From assembly GCA_963745385.1 (NCBI GenBank), contig CAVUXI010000023.1, positions 5,622 through 69,621 on the forward strand: a stretch of DNA of 64,000 bases. The letters are read 5' to 3'. The position numbers and the translations under genes were made by a program. Origin of the DNA: an uncultured beta proteobacterium (GTDB lineage: Bacteria > Pseudomonadota > Gammaproteobacteria > Burkholderiales > Casimicrobiaceae). The notes beneath the pieces are model-generated. The model saw only the letters and a program-made list of their open reading frames with translations. It searched no databases and was not told the DNA's origin. Positions 28,621 through 39,999 of the stretch are shown in pieces. Within the stretch, counting starts at the first letter, position 1; the number at the start of each line of letters is the position of its first letter.

Positions 28621-29364
28621 TCAATTTCCCAGATACGCTTCGAGCACCTGCCGGTTCGCCTGCACGGTTGCCGGCGGCCCTTCCGCAAGCACTTTGCCTT
28701 CGACCATGCAGATGACGTGCGGGCAGAGCTTCATGATGAAGTCCATGTTGTGCTCGATGACGACGAAGCTGCCGCCGTGCGCCTTGTTCAACTTCACCAG
28801 CAGGTCGCGCAGCTGATCGACCAGACTCGGGTTCACGCCCGCACACGGCTCGTCGAGCAGCACGAGACGCGGCGCGGGCATGAACGCCATCGCGATGTCG
28901 ATCAGCTTCTGCTGGCCGTAGGACAAAGTGCCGGCGTAGAGATGGGCAACACGCTTCAATTGGAATAATTCGATCATCTCGTCGGCATGCGGACCCAGTC
29001 CTGCGTCAGGCTTGGCCATCAGCCGCGAACCCAGTGAGCCCTTGAATTCCTGAGCCGCGACGATCAGATTGTCGCGCACCGAAAGCTTGCCGAACACCTG
29101 CAGCGTCTGGAAAGTCCGGCCGACGCCGCGGCGCGACAATTCCAGCGGCGACATCCCGGTGATATCTTCACCGCAGAATTCAACATTCCCGGCCGTCGGT
29201 TTGATTTGCCCCAGGATGCTATTGAACAGCGTGGTCTTGCCGGAGCCATTGGGACCGATGACGCCGACGATCTCGCCCGGACCCACCGAAAGGCTGACGC
29301 CATCGACGGCCCGGATGGCACCGTACGTTTTCTTGATGTTTTTCACTTCGAGGAAGGCTGTCAT
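28621..29364 (-). CDS. livG: Branched-chain amino acid-type ABC transporter ATP-binding protein
   Basis: Walker A GPNGSGKTT, signature LSYGQQKL, LVLLDEP. ATGA overlap with livM. Confidence 0.85.
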   Translation of the reverse strand: MTAFLEVKNIKKTYGAIRAVDGVSLSVGPGEIVGVIGPNGSGKTTLFNSILGQIKPTAGNVEFCGEDITGMSPLELSRRGVGRTFQTLQVFGKLSVRDNLIVAAQEFKGSLGSRLMAKPDAGLGPHADEMIELFQLKRVAHLYAGTLSYGQQKLIDIAMAFMPAPRLVLLDEPCAGVNPSLVDQLRDLLVKLNKAHGGSFVVIEHNMDFIMKLCPHVICMVEGKVLAEGPPATVQANRQVLEAYLGN

Positions 29365-30320
29365 TTCGGGGCTTCCTTCCGGAAGCGCTCGCCGAGGGAG
29401 AGAATGCCTCCGGGGAGCCACACCATCAGCAAGACGACGGCGACGCCAAAGAAGACGAGATACCACTTCTGCATGAACTTCAACGCCTCCATGTTGCTTG
29501 CGCGCAAGAGCTCTGGCAGCAGGATGATGATGATGGTGCCGACGACCGGACCGAAGAAGCGCCCGGAGCCGCCGACGATCACCGCGAGCAGCATCAAGAG
29601 AGAGGTCGAGAAGTGGAAGGGTCCGGGTTCGATAAACTCGACCAGCGATGCGTAATAGCAACCGGCGATCCCGGCGCACGCGGCACCGATCGCAAACGCG
29701 AGCAGGGTATACGCGGTAATGTTGACGCCCAGGCTCTCCGCGCGAATCGGATTGTCGCGCAGCGCCGCGAATGCACGCCCCCACGGCGACCGCAGCAGCC
29801 ACCACAGCAGGAACGCGAGCAACATGAGCGATGCGAAGGTGAAATAGAAGAACGCCAGATGCCCCTCCGTCGAGAAGCCGAACAGCGTGGGCCGCGGAAT
29901 GCTCGAGATGCCGAACGTGCCGCCGGTGATCTTCTCCTCGTTGCGCATGATAAGAAACACGAGCACGTTGAAGCCGAGTGTCGCGAAAGCCAGGTAGTGA
30001 TGCTGGACACGCAGCGCGGGAAAGCCGAGCGCGAGACCGACCACGAAGCACACCATCGCCGCGATGGGCACCACCGCGAGAAACGGAACGCCGGCCTTGA
30101 GCGATAGCGCCGCGATGTAAGCGCCGATACCGAAGAACGCCGCCTGTCCCAGCGACATCTGGCCCGCATATCCGACCGTCAGGTTCAAGCCTAACGTGGC
30201 CATGAGGTAGACCGCGCATAGCGTCAGCAGGTAGACGTCGCTGCGCTTGGCGAACGCGGCAAGAACGGCTACGGCGGCAAGCGCCACGACCAGCATCCCG
30301 GCCTTGACCCTGTTATTCAT
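29361..30320 (-). CDS. livM: Branched-chain amino acid-type ABC transporter permease
   Basis: Polytopic ORF with LivM-type GYAGQMSLGQAAFFGIGAY. ATGA overlap with livH. Confidence 0.85.
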   Translation of the reverse strand: MNNRVKAGMLVVALAAVAVLAAFAKRSDVYLLTLCAVYLMATLGLNLTVGYAGQMSLGQAAFFGIGAYIAALSLKAGVPFLAVVPIAAMVCFVVGLALGFPALRVQHHYLAFATLGFNVLVFLIMRNEEKITGGTFGISSIPRPTLFGFSTEGHLAFFYFTFASLMLLAFLLWWLLRSPWGRAFAALRDNPIRAESLGVNITAYTLLAFAIGAACAGIAGCYYASLVEFIEPGPFHFSTSLLMLLAVIVGGSGRFFGPVVGTIIIILLPELLRASNMEALKFMQKWYLVFFGVAVVLLMVWLPGGILSLGERFRKEAPK

Positions 30321-31192
30321 ACTTTGCGCTCCTCGCTCTTGCCGAGAAGCCCTTCGGGACGAAACAGGATGACTCCGAGGAAGAGCACCAGCGCAACACC
30401 CTCCTTGTAAGCGGGCGATACATAGAACCCCACGATGTTTTCCAGAATGCCGATCAGAACACCGCCAAGGAGCGCTCCCCGCGTCTGATTGAACCCGCCG
30501 ATGATCGCGGCGAAGAACGCCTTCTGACCGATCGAATCGCCCATGTCGAACTTGGCAAGGTACGTCGGCGTCACGAGCAGGGCCGCGACGACGGCGAGCA
30601 CCGCATTGATCAGGAAGACGTACAACACCATCCGCTTGACGTTGATGCCAAGCACTTTCGCGGCTTCGGTGTTCTGCGCAACGGCTTGCATCGCACGGCC
30701 GGTGACGGTCCTGTTCAGGAATGCCTGCAGCCCGATGACGATCAGGCCCGCGATGACAAGCGTGCCGATGTCCGCATAGGAGATGTTGATAGCGCCCACG
30801 GCGAACTGGCCCGACGGAAACGGGCTCGGAAACGGATGCGCCTCGGCGCTGTAACCCGCGCGCACGGTCGACTTGATCGCAATCGCCAGCCCCAGCGTCG
30901 CGATGACGAGCGGGATTACACCATGCTTGATCAGCGGGTCGACGATCAGTCGCTTGAAGCCGAACCCCAGGACGATCATCGAGAGCGCGCACACGATCAG
31001 GAACGACAGCCACAAGGGCATGCCATTGGCAATGAACAGCAGCATGCCGAATGCCGGCAGCATCACGAACTCGCCTTGCGCGAAGTTGATCACGCCTGCG
31101 GCCTGCCACAGCAGCGTGAACCCGAGAGCGGCCAGCGCGTAAATAGCACCCGTGGCCATCCCCGACACCAGAAGTTGGATCAGATCGCTCAT
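30317..31192 (-). CDS. livH: Branched-chain amino acid-type ABC transporter permease
   Basis: 291 aa with LivH-type INFAQGEFVML motif. Confidence 0.85.
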   Translation of the reverse strand: MSDLIQLLVSGMATGAIYALAALGFTLLWQAAGVINFAQGEFVMLPAFGMLLFIANGMPLWLSFLIVCALSMIVLGFGFKRLIVDPLIKHGVIPLVIATLGLAIAIKSTVRAGYSAEAHPFPSPFPSGQFAVGAINISYADIGTLVIAGLIVIGLQAFLNRTVTGRAMQAVAQNTEAAKVLGINVKRMVLYVFLINAVLAVVAALLVTPTYLAKFDMGDSIGQKAFFAAIIGGFNQTRGALLGGVLIGILENIVGFYVSPAYKEGVALVLFLGVILFRPEGLLGKSEERKV

Positions 31193-31291
31193 GACGACTC
31201 TCCCATCACCGCCGCCGCGTCATTGGACGGAGCTCGGCTCGGGCGGAGCATTCGCACCGTAATACGCCGAATTGATGTTGGATTGCCTGCG

Positions 31292-31870
31292 CTACTTGCC
31301 GGCCGGCGGGAGCGTTTCGATGACCACCTGCTTACCGTTCTCGACCTTGACGAGGAAGCTCTCACGGTCGAGGTCGCCGTTGTTGTCGAAGCTGACATCG
31401 AGGAGAACGCCGGGATATTCTTTGACGGATATCTTGGCACCCTGCAGTGTCTTGGCGAATTCCTTCGAGTCGAACTTCTTGTCTTTCTCGGTAATGGCCT
31501 TGATTACCTATGCCGCGCTGTAGCCCTTCGTGTTGTGGTCGCTCTTGTACTTGTACTCCTTCTGGAACTTGTCGTCGAAGGCCTTGATAGCCGGCTGCGG
31601 CGGATCCGCCGTAAGGCCGACGTGCGCGACAGCGCCGTTGGCGGCGTCGCCTGCCAGCTCGATCACCTTTTGCCCGGTCAACGTCGTCTCGCCGATGATC
31701 GGCTTGTCATAGGCCTGCTTCTTCAATTCGCGCAGGCCGCGCGCCGATTCTTCCTCGTTCAGATAGACGAACAGGGCGTCGGTGTTGGTCTGCTTGGCCC
31801 GAAGCACCGCGCCGGAATAATCGACCTGGCCGGGATCGGCGGGATCGGCTGCTACCTGCACCGCAGGCAC
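31292..31870 (-). pseudogene. Remnant of a LivK-type substrate-binding protein gene: 5'-truncated, with an in-frame TAG
   Basis: Only the C-terminal ~190 codons are present. The TAG at 31508-31510 is in the same frame as the terminal stop at 31292-31294 (...GYSAA*VIKAITEK...). The upstream half is replaced by the end of the Gfo/Idh/MocA gene. Confidence 0.7.
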
Positions 31871-31879
31871 CAGATTCCG

Positions 31880-32906
<1,027 letters not shown>

Positions 32907-33028
32907 TGCGGCAGTCGCGAGGGAATCCGAGCATGATCGCGGCCTCGAAAATAGTACGCCGCACCCGCGACCTGCTCATGCGTCCAACAGATCTCGAATT
33001 TGTGCTGCAAATGCACAGCAATTTCAAT

Positions 33029-33604
33029 TCAGCGTAGCCACCAGTCTCCGGACACCATCTGCGCAACGCAGTCCTGAATGTGCGTGATCGTTGTCGCCTG
33101 AGCTGAGCGCCAATCACGTCCCAGCGCAAATGTCAGCAGCTTGCGGTGCTCCTCTGCGACTGGTTCTCCGCGAAAGACGGCCGCAAGCATGAGGTAGCGC
33201 AGATATTTGTCATAGATGCCCGCGTGCATGTCGAGAAGAACGCGCGAGCCGCAGGCGGAAATGAGTGCGTTGTGAAATTCCCAATCGTATCGCCGTAAGG
33301 TCTCCTCTTCAGACCGGTCTCCAGCGGCCATTCGCTTTTCCAATGACGCGAGCTTGTGGTGCGCCGCAACGACGCGTCCCTCCCATTCCACGTCGCCTGC
33401 CTCGAACGAGCTGCGCAGCGCGTCGCATTCGAGAAGCTGGCGCATGGCGGCGACCTCGCGCAGATTGTCGGGAGAGATCGATGCGACTTCGAAACCACGC
33501 GCGCCCTCCGCGGTGATGAGCCCTTCGGACGCAAGGCCGTTGAAGATTTCGCGCAAGGTGCTCACTGCCGAGCCATAGGCGTCTCTCATCCGATCCAGCG
33601 TCAA
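33029..33604 (-). CDS. GntR-family (FadR/FCD subfamily) transcriptional regulator, start uncertain
   Basis: The wHTH continues in frame upstream of the TTG at 33604 (...ETTYRRVRADIVYGRLAPGQKLTLDR...), but no ATG/GTG/TTG lies further upstream before the in-frame stop at ~33768. The C-terminus is an FCD-type helical domain. Confidence 0.65.
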   Translation of the reverse strand: MTLDRMRDAYGSAVSTLREIFNGLASEGLITAEGARGFEVASISPDNLREVAAMRQLLECDALRSSFEAGDVEWEGRVVAAHHKLASLEKRMAAGDRSEEETLRRYDWEFHNALISACGSRVLLDMHAGIYDKYLRYLMLAAVFRGEPVAEEHRKLLTFALGRDWRSAQATTITHIQDCVAQMVSGDWWLR

Positions 33605-33948
33605 TTTCTGGCCGGGCGCAAGGCGCCCGTAGACGATGTCGGCCCGGACGCGGCGGTAGGTCGTTTCGCCTACGGGCGTACTGGTCGGCCGCAGCGTCGC
33701 GCCGTCTTTGCGCCTGGCGAGCAGCCGCCAGTTCGCGCAGCTGTCCTGGGTGACTCGTCTGCGTCAATCTCGTGAGGCTGGATGGCGCATGTCGCATCTG
33801 GCACTTCTCCGACAATATCGATGATATTGATATTCTCCTATGAACATCATAATATCCGTCGCGAGCCGAAGATACACAACAATTGTCGGAACGGGCGACA
33901 GCTTCGTGGGTTCGCCTCGCTTCCGCGTAATCCAAAACGGAGGAGTTC

Positions 33949-34936
33949 ATGCAGACCAAGTTCACACGTCGTTCGCTGCTGGCGGCCGGTGCATCGATGC
34001 TGGCGCTCGGCGCGTTACCGCACGCCCGTGCGCAGGCACGGACCAAATTGCGTTTCAGCTCTGCGTTCACTGAACAGGATTTGCGCGCCGATGCATACAA
34101 GTCGTTTGCCACTGCGATCAAGGACGGCTACGACTTCGAGCCCTATTGGGGAAACACGCTGTTCAAGCAGGGCACCGAACTCATCGCCCTGCAGCGGGGC
34201 AACCTCGAAATGGTCAATCTCGCGCCCGCGGACATATCGAAGCAGATTCCCGCGTGGTCGCTGATGACTTCGGCTTATCTGTTTCGCGACGCAGCCCACC
34301 TGAAGAAGACGTTCAAGAGCGACGTCGGACGGGAGTTCATCAAGATGGCCCGCGACCAACTCGGTATCCAGATCATCACGCCCGTCTACTTCGGGTCGCG
34401 CAACGTCAATCTGAAGCCCGACCGCCAGATCAAGACCCCTGCGGACATGGCAGGAATCAAACTGCGGATGCCGCCTGGCGAGTTCTGGCAGTTTCTCGGG
34501 GAATCCATCGGCGCCAATCCGGTGCCGGTTGCGTACGCCGAGGTCTACACGGCGCTGCAGTCAGGCGCCATCGACGGCCAGGACAATCCGCTGGTCGCCA
34601 GCAAGCTCATGAAGTTCTACGAGGTAACGACTCAATTCGTCCTGACCGGCCACGTCATCGGGTACGACGTGATGACCATCAGCAGCAAGATCTGGGATGC
34701 AATGGCTGCCCGCCCAACAAGCGGCATTCCAGGCAGCCGCCGAGAAGGCGATCGACGACTACGTGGTGAAGTTCAGCGCGCAGGAAAAGGAGGTCCTCGA
34801 TTTCTTCAAGGCAGACGGCAAGAAGGTCTACACGCCCGACCTCAACGCGTTCCGCACGTTCGCCCAGAAGAAGTATCTCGACAAGTACGGCCAGGACTGG
34901 CCCAAGGGCGCGCTCGAACGGATCAACGCGCTGTAG
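33949..34936 (+). pseudogene. dctP: TRAP transporter substrate-binding protein (DctP family), single frameshift near 34709-34715
   Basis: Tat/Sec-like leader, DctP-type body. The C-terminal 75 aa continue in ORF 34697..34936. Removing one C from GCTGCCCGCCC restores ...WDAMAAAQQAAFQAAAEK... Confidence 0.75.
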
Positions 34937-35119
34937 CGAGACCGCAAGTATCACGTCTGGTGCTCAGCGTCGCCAGCCATTGCGCGCAATGGCTGGCTGA
35001 CTGGCCGCCGGTCGTCTGGACAGCTGCGTCTCCGCGCCGTCGATGGCCCCTAAGGACCCAACGATGTCGAGCAATTCGGTGAATCGCAAGCGGCATGGCT
35101 GAGAAGGCGGGCCGAGAAC

Positions 35120-35585
35120 GTGATCGTTGCGCTGATCGCGATCATGTTCGTCTCCTTCCTGCTGCAAATTGCCTTTCGCTATCTCCTGAACCGTCCGTTG
35201 GGCTGGACCGATGAAGTCACGGTCCTCTGCTGGGTGTGGCTGGTGCTATGGGGGGCGGCTTTCATATTGTCGGATCAAGGACGAGATCCGATTCGACATC
35301 GTCTACGGGCTTGTCTCCGAGCGAACTCGTCGTACGTTCACGGTGATTTCCAGCCTGGCATTGGTCGTTCTGTTCGTCGTCTCGCTGCCCGCTTCCTGGA
35401 ACTATGTGCTCTTCATGAAGCGTGAGAAGTCCGCCTATCTGGGAATGCGGTTCGACTATCTGTACTCCATCTACGTCATCTTTTCTGTCGCCTGCATCGT
35501 CAAGCACGCCTGGATCGCCTGGAACGCGTTTCGCGGCCGAGAATCGCCGGAGGTAGACGTGCTCGAAGATGGGGAGCGGATCTGA
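35120..35585 (+). pseudogene. dctQ: TRAP transporter small permease (DctQ family), frameshift near 35275
   Basis: The two overlapping ORFs 35120..35425 and 35211..35585 together give a DctQ-like 4-TM protein. The stop overlaps the dctM start (TGATG). Confidence 0.65.
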
Positions 35586-36883
35586 TGCCCAGCCATTTCA
35601 CGCTGTGCATCATTGTCTTGATCGCGCTCGCGTTGTTCGGGTTGCCGATCGGTCTGTCGATGATCTGCGCATCGGTGTTCTATCTCCTCGTGACCGGTCT
35701 CGACCTTGGAACCGCGGGCGAGCAGATTCTGAACGGTCTGTTCAACAGCTATGTTTTGTTGGCAGTACCGCTGTTCATCCTTGCCGCGGATTTGATGAAC
35801 AGCGGGAGCCTGACCGACCGACTTCTGAAATTCTGTCTTGTGCTCGTTGGTCGATTTCGCGGCGGGCTTGGTCACGTCAACGTTGTGGCGAACATCATCT
35901 TTGCGGGAATGTCGGGTTCAGCCATTGCAGACGCCGTCGGCATTGGCCGCATCATCATCGGAATGATGACGCGCAACGGAAAATATCCCATCGAGTATGC
36001 CGCGGCGATCACCGCATCGGCGGCCATCATCGGACCGATCATTCCACCGTCGATCCCGATGGTCGTGTATGCGCTGGTTTCCGACACTTCAATCGGCTAT
36101 CTCTTCCTTGGCGGAGTCATCCCGGGACTGTTGCTCGGTGTGGCGTTCATGATCATGAACACGCTGATAGCCCGTCGCAGGAATTATCCTGTTGAGCCGC
36201 CGGTCCCGATGCGAGAGATCCCGCGCATCACGCTGGATGCGTTTCCTGCCCTGATGCTGCCGGTCGTGCTGTTGTTTGGCATTTACGGCGGTGTTATGAC
36301 GCCGACTGAAGGCGCCGCTGCGGCGGCGGCGTACGCGCTATTGGCATCGGCTCTGATCTACCGGTCGATCTCGCTAAAGCAGTTGTACGCGGTCCTGCTC
36401 TCCAGCGCCAAGTCGACTACCTCGGTGGGCATGCTGATCGCCGGAGCATTGGTTTTCAACTACGTGGTTACGATCGAAAACGTTCCGCTTTCGGTACAAC
36501 ACTTCATCAGCGCCTTCCATCTAACTGCCATCGGGTATCTTCTTCTTGTCAACGCGATACTACTTGTCCTGGGGTGTCTGCTCGAAGGAACGACGATTCT
36601 CCTCGTCATCGTTCCAATCCTGATACCGACAGCCAAGGCACTGGGAATCGATCTCGTTCATTTCGGCGTCGTTGTTGTCGTCAATATCATGATCGGGCTT
36701 CTCACGCCTCCGTTCGGTCTGTTGCTCTTCGTCGTCGCGAACATGACCAAGAAGCCCCTGATGTCGATCGTCCGTGAGGCGACCCCATTCATTTTCGTTG
36801 CGATAGTTGTTCTTGCGATCATCACCCTCGTCCCACAAACAGTACTGTGGCTACCCAGAGTTATGGGATACAAGGGTAATTAA
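35585..36883 (+). CDS. dctM: TRAP transporter large permease (DctM family)
   Basis: Intact 432-aa polytopic ORF with typical DctM sequence. Confidence 0.9.
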   Translation: MPSHFTLCIIVLIALALFGLPIGLSMICASVFYLLVTGLDLGTAGEQILNGLFNSYVLLAVPLFILAADLMNSGSLTDRLLKFCLVLVGRFRGGLGHVNVVANIIFAGMSGSAIADAVGIGRIIIGMMTRNGKYPIEYAAAITASAAIIGPIIPPSIPMVVYALVSDTSIGYLFLGGVIPGLLLGVAFMIMNTLIARRRNYPVEPPVPMREIPRITLDAFPALMLPVVLLFGIYGGVMTPTEGAAAAAAYALLASALIYRSISLKQLYAVLLSSAKSTTSVGMLIAGALVFNYVVTIENVPLSVQHFISAFHLTAIGYLLLVNAILLVLGCLLEGTTILLVIVPILIPTAKALGIDLVHFGVVVVVNIMIGLLTPPFGLLLFVVANMTKKPLMSIVREATPFIFVAIVVLAIITLVPQTVLWLPRVMGYKGN

Positions 36884-36908
36884 CCCCCGCAAACTGGACT
36901 GCCTAATT

Positions 36909-37359
36909 ATGACAAGCACCAAAACCAATCTATGTCTTGAATGGGCCCAACCTCAATCGCCTGGGACGACGAGAACCGGATATTTACGGCAAGTGACGCT
37001 TGCGGAGATCGAGGTGCAATGCAGGAATGCAGCTGGCGGGCAGGCAATCGAGTTTCGGCAGACGAACAGTGAATCGCAACTGATCGATTGGATCCACGAG
37101 GCCATCGACCTTGGCAGTGGCATCATCATCAATCCGGCTGCTTACTCGTTTACGTCAATCGCGATCATCGATGCCCTTAAGATGTTCTCGGGGCCGATTG
37201 TCGAACTTCACATATCCAATATTCACAAGCGCGAGGACCATTACCACCACTCCTATGTCTCGAAAATCGCCACGGCAGTTATCGCCGGACTTGGGCGAGA
37301 GGGTTGCGGTGTGGTCGCGTGCCATTGTCGAGATGATCAAGCGTGATCCACAGTGCTAG
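36909..37359 (+). pseudogene. aroQ: Type II 3-dehydroquinate dehydratase, at least three frameshifts
   Basis: PIYVLNGPNLNRLGRREPDIYGK (frame 2), then ...FRQTNSESQLIDWIHEA...IIINPAAYSFTSIAI...ELHISNIHKRE (frame 1), with the C-terminal end in a third frame. Confidence 0.75.
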
Positions 37360-37368
37360 CTGGCGCGT

Positions 37369-38298
37369 TCACGCCGGCTGCGCTGCGCCGCCGGCGTCGA
37401 CCGGAGTGAGCAACATCCCGAGCTCGCTCGCCGCCGCGCGAAGCGCTGGAAGGAACTTCGCTTCCATTTCGGGGATCGAAACGCGCGCCGATTGAGTACC
37501 CACATTGATCGCCGCGATGCTGTGGCCGGTGGCGTCCTTGACCGGTACCGCGATCGAGCGCAACCCGAGCTCCAGCTCTTGATCGACCACCGCGTAATCC
37601 TGACGCCGAACCGCGGCGAGCACGCGCTTGAGCTCGCTTGCCGTCGACACCGTCCGATGGGTGAGCTTCACCAGACTCACGCGGGAAAGATACGCGTCGA
37701 GGTCCGTCGCCGCGAGGTCGGCAAGGAGCACGCGCCCCATCGACGAGCAGTACGCGGGAAGGCGGCTGCCGAGACCCAGATCGATCGACATAAGCCGTGT
37801 GGTGGTCGTCGAGCGCGCAACATAGAGGATCTCGTCGCCTTCGAGGACTGCCATGGAACTCGACTCGTGAAGGCGGTTGCTGATGGTGTCGAGGAGCGGC
37901 TGCGCCATTGTCGCGAGTGGCGTCGACGACAGATACGCATGACCCAGCGCCAGGACTTTCGGCCGCAGCGAATAGCCCCGCGATCCGTCCGAGCTTACGT
38001 AGCCGAGTTTTTCGAGCGTGTAGAGGCAGCGTCTGACCGCCGCGCGGGGCAGCGCGGTTCTTTGACTCAGCTGAGCGATCGTGAGGTGCCTGCGCTGCTG
38101 GCTGAACGCGCGGACGACGGCGATGCCCCGTGCGAGCGAGGTCATGAAGTTGGGATCGCCGGTAAGCGCGTCGATCTCCGAGGCAGGCGTGACGTGACGG
38201 GGATTCGAGGCGAGAATGTCGGGATCGGCGCGCTTCTTCGCGGCGCGGCTTGCAGTTCGTGCGCGGGAGGGTTCCGGTTTAGCCATGGGATCACGCAT
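37369..38298 (-). CDS. pcaR: IclR-family transcriptional regulator, PcaR/PcaU-like
   Basis: IclR wHTH (LTIAQLSQRTALPRAAVRRCLYTLEKLGYV) plus an effector domain. Divergent from pcaIJ. Confidence 0.8.
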   Translation of the reverse strand: MRDPMAKPEPSRARTASRAAKKRADPDILASNPRHVTPASEIDALTGDPNFMTSLARGIAVVRAFSQQRRHLTIAQLSQRTALPRAAVRRCLYTLEKLGYVSSDGSRGYSLRPKVLALGHAYLSSTPLATMAQPLLDTISNRLHESSSMAVLEGDEILYVARSTTTTRLMSIDLGLGSRLPAYCSSMGRVLLADLAATDLDAYLSRVSLVKLTHRTVSTASELKRVLAAVRRQDYAVVDQELELGLRSIAVPVKDATGHSIAAINVGTQSARVSIPEMEAKFLPALRAAASELGMLLTPVDAGGAAQPA

Positions 38299-38413
38299 GG
38301 TGTTCCGATCGCAAAATCATATCAGTTGAGCGATAAACGCCCGGTATTTCGATAACCGCTCATTGACGCTAGCTACGCGCGGACGTAGTATTTGTCCGTT
38401 GACCGAACATATG

Positions 38414-38428
38414 GTGCGATAATCGCAC
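38414..38428. promoter_or_regulatory. Putative PcaR operator (perfect 15-bp palindrome GTGCGATAATCGCAC)
   Basis: Lies 30 nt upstream of the pcaI ATG in the pcaR-pcaI divergent region. A related half-site, TTCGATAACCGC, is at ~38347-38358. Resembles the GTTCGATAATCGCAC-type PcaR boxes of Pseudomonas as I recall them. Confidence 0.5.
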
Positions 38429-38457
38429 ATGCGCGGCCGGCTGTAAATGGAGGGCCC

Positions 38458-39156
38458 ATGATAGACAAGACCGTGGCAACGGTGGCTGCCGCAGTCGCGG
38501 ACATTCCCGACGGAGCCACGGTGATGATTGGCGGTTTCGGCACGGCCGGAATGCCGTCGCAGCTCATCGACGCGCTGATCGAGCAGGGAGCACGGGATCT
38601 GACCATTGTGAACAACAACGCGGGCAACGGCGACATCGGACTTGCCGCGCTGCTCAAGAAAAAGCGCGTTCGCAAGATCATCTGCTCGTTTCCAAGACAG
38701 ACCGACTCGTATATATTCGATGCGCTCTATCACGCCGGCGAGATCGAGCTCGAGCTCGTCCCGCAAGGCAACCTCGCCGAGCGTATACGCGCCGCGGGCG
38801 CCGGCATCGGCGCTTTTTTCACGCCTACCGCCTATGGCACGCCACTCGCCGAGGGCAAGGAAACGCGGATCATCAACGGTCGCGGCTACGTCCTCGAATA
38901 TCCTATCGTCGCGGACTTCGCCTTGATCAAGGCGGAGCGGGGCGATCGCTGGGGCAATCTCGTGTATCGCAAGACGGCGCGCAACTTCGGGCCCATCATG
39001 GCGTCCGCGGCGAAATGCACCGTCGTGCAGGTTCGCGAGATCGTCGAGCTCGGGGCCATCGATCCCGAAGTCGTGGTCACGCCGGGGATCTTCGTTCAGC
39101 GCGTCGTGCAAGTGAACGTGGCCGACGCATTGACTCAGCCGCAGGCGGCGGCATGA
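38458..39156 (+). CDS. pcaI: 3-oxoadipate CoA-transferase subunit A
   Basis: GGFGTAGMP motif, ATG with GGAGGG upstream, followed by subunit B. Confidence 0.85.
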   Translation: MIDKTVATVAAAVADIPDGATVMIGGFGTAGMPSQLIDALIEQGARDLTIVNNNAGNGDIGLAALLKKKRVRKIICSFPRQTDSYIFDALYHAGEIELELVPQGNLAERIRAAGAGIGAFFTPTAYGTPLAEGKETRIINGRGYVLEYPIVADFALIKAERGDRWGNLVYRKTARNFGPIMASAAKCTVVQVREIVELGAIDPEVVVTPGIFVQRVVQVNVADALTQPQAAA

Positions 39157-39166
39157 CCAGGATCAA

Positions 39167-39838
39167 GTGAGCGCCGTGGAAAGATTCAGCCGGGATCAGA
39201 TGGCAGCGCGCGTCGCTCGCGATATTCCCGAAGGGGCCTACGTGAACCTCGGCATCGGACTGCCGACCGCGGTAGCGAACCATCTCCCGCGCGACCGAGA
39301 GATCTTCCTGCACAGCGAGAACGGTTTGCTCGGCATGGGTCCCGCGCCCGCGCCGGGCCACGAGGATGCCGATCTCATCAACGCCGGCAAGCAGCCGGTG
39401 ACGCTGCTCACCGGCGGCGCGTATTTTCACCATGCCGACTCGTTTGCGATGATGCGCGGAGGCCACCTCGATTTTTGCGTCCTCGGCGCGTTCCAGGTTT
39501 CCACCGCCGGCGATCTCGCAAACTGGCATACGGGTGCGAAGGATGCGATCCCCGCGGTCGGCGGCGCGATGGATCTCGCGATCGGCGCCAAGCGCGTGTT
39601 CGTCATGATGGAGCATCAGACCAAGAGCGGAGCCTCCAAGATCGTCGAGCGCTGCACTTACCCTTTGACCGGGGTCGGCTGCGTCAACCGCATCTACACC
39701 GACCTTGCCGTCATCGACGTCACGCGCGATGGCTTGAGCGTGATCGAGACCGTCGAAGGACTCTCGTTCGAAGAGCTGCAGCGGATCACCGGCGTTCCAC
39801 TCATCCGCGGCGAGTCTGCTTCGGTGAGGGCGCACTAG
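39167..39838 (+). CDS. pcaJ: 3-oxoadipate CoA-transferase subunit B
   Basis: LHSENGLLGMGP (catalytic Glu motif). The stop TAG is formed at the MITE-A junction. Confidence 0.85.
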   Translation: MSAVERFSRDQMAARVARDIPEGAYVNLGIGLPTAVANHLPRDREIFLHSENGLLGMGPAPAPGHEDADLINAGKQPVTLLTGGAYFHHADSFAMMRGGHLDFCVLGAFQVSTAGDLANWHTGAKDAIPAVGGAMDLAIGAKRVFVMMEHQTKSGASKIVERCTYPLTGVGCVNRIYTDLAVIDVTRDGLSVIETVEGLSFEELQRITGVPLIRGESASVRAH

Positions 39839-39999
39839 TGGACTGTAACAATCAAATAGCTAGCGTCTCGCTTGCCCTCGCCGGCCGCAGCGTTGTTGCT
39901 CGTCGTCACCATAGTGTTGACTATGCTTCCTCCTCGCGCCTAGCTGCAACCGACGATCGCTGCGCGATACTGGCTGCTGATTCAACTGTTACAGCCCAC
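39838..39999 (+). mobile_element. MITE-A copy 3, between pcaJ and pcaF
   Basis: One difference from copy 1 by eye. TA at 39836-39837 and 40000-40001. Confidence 0.85.

Noticed and set aside
28621-31109. 532-aa and 582-aa ORFs (28621..30219 and 29361..31109)
   Set aside because: Each extends a real gene (livG, livM) upstream through the out-of-frame sequence of the neighbouring gene. ATGA-coupled starts at 29364 and 30320 give family-typical lengths.
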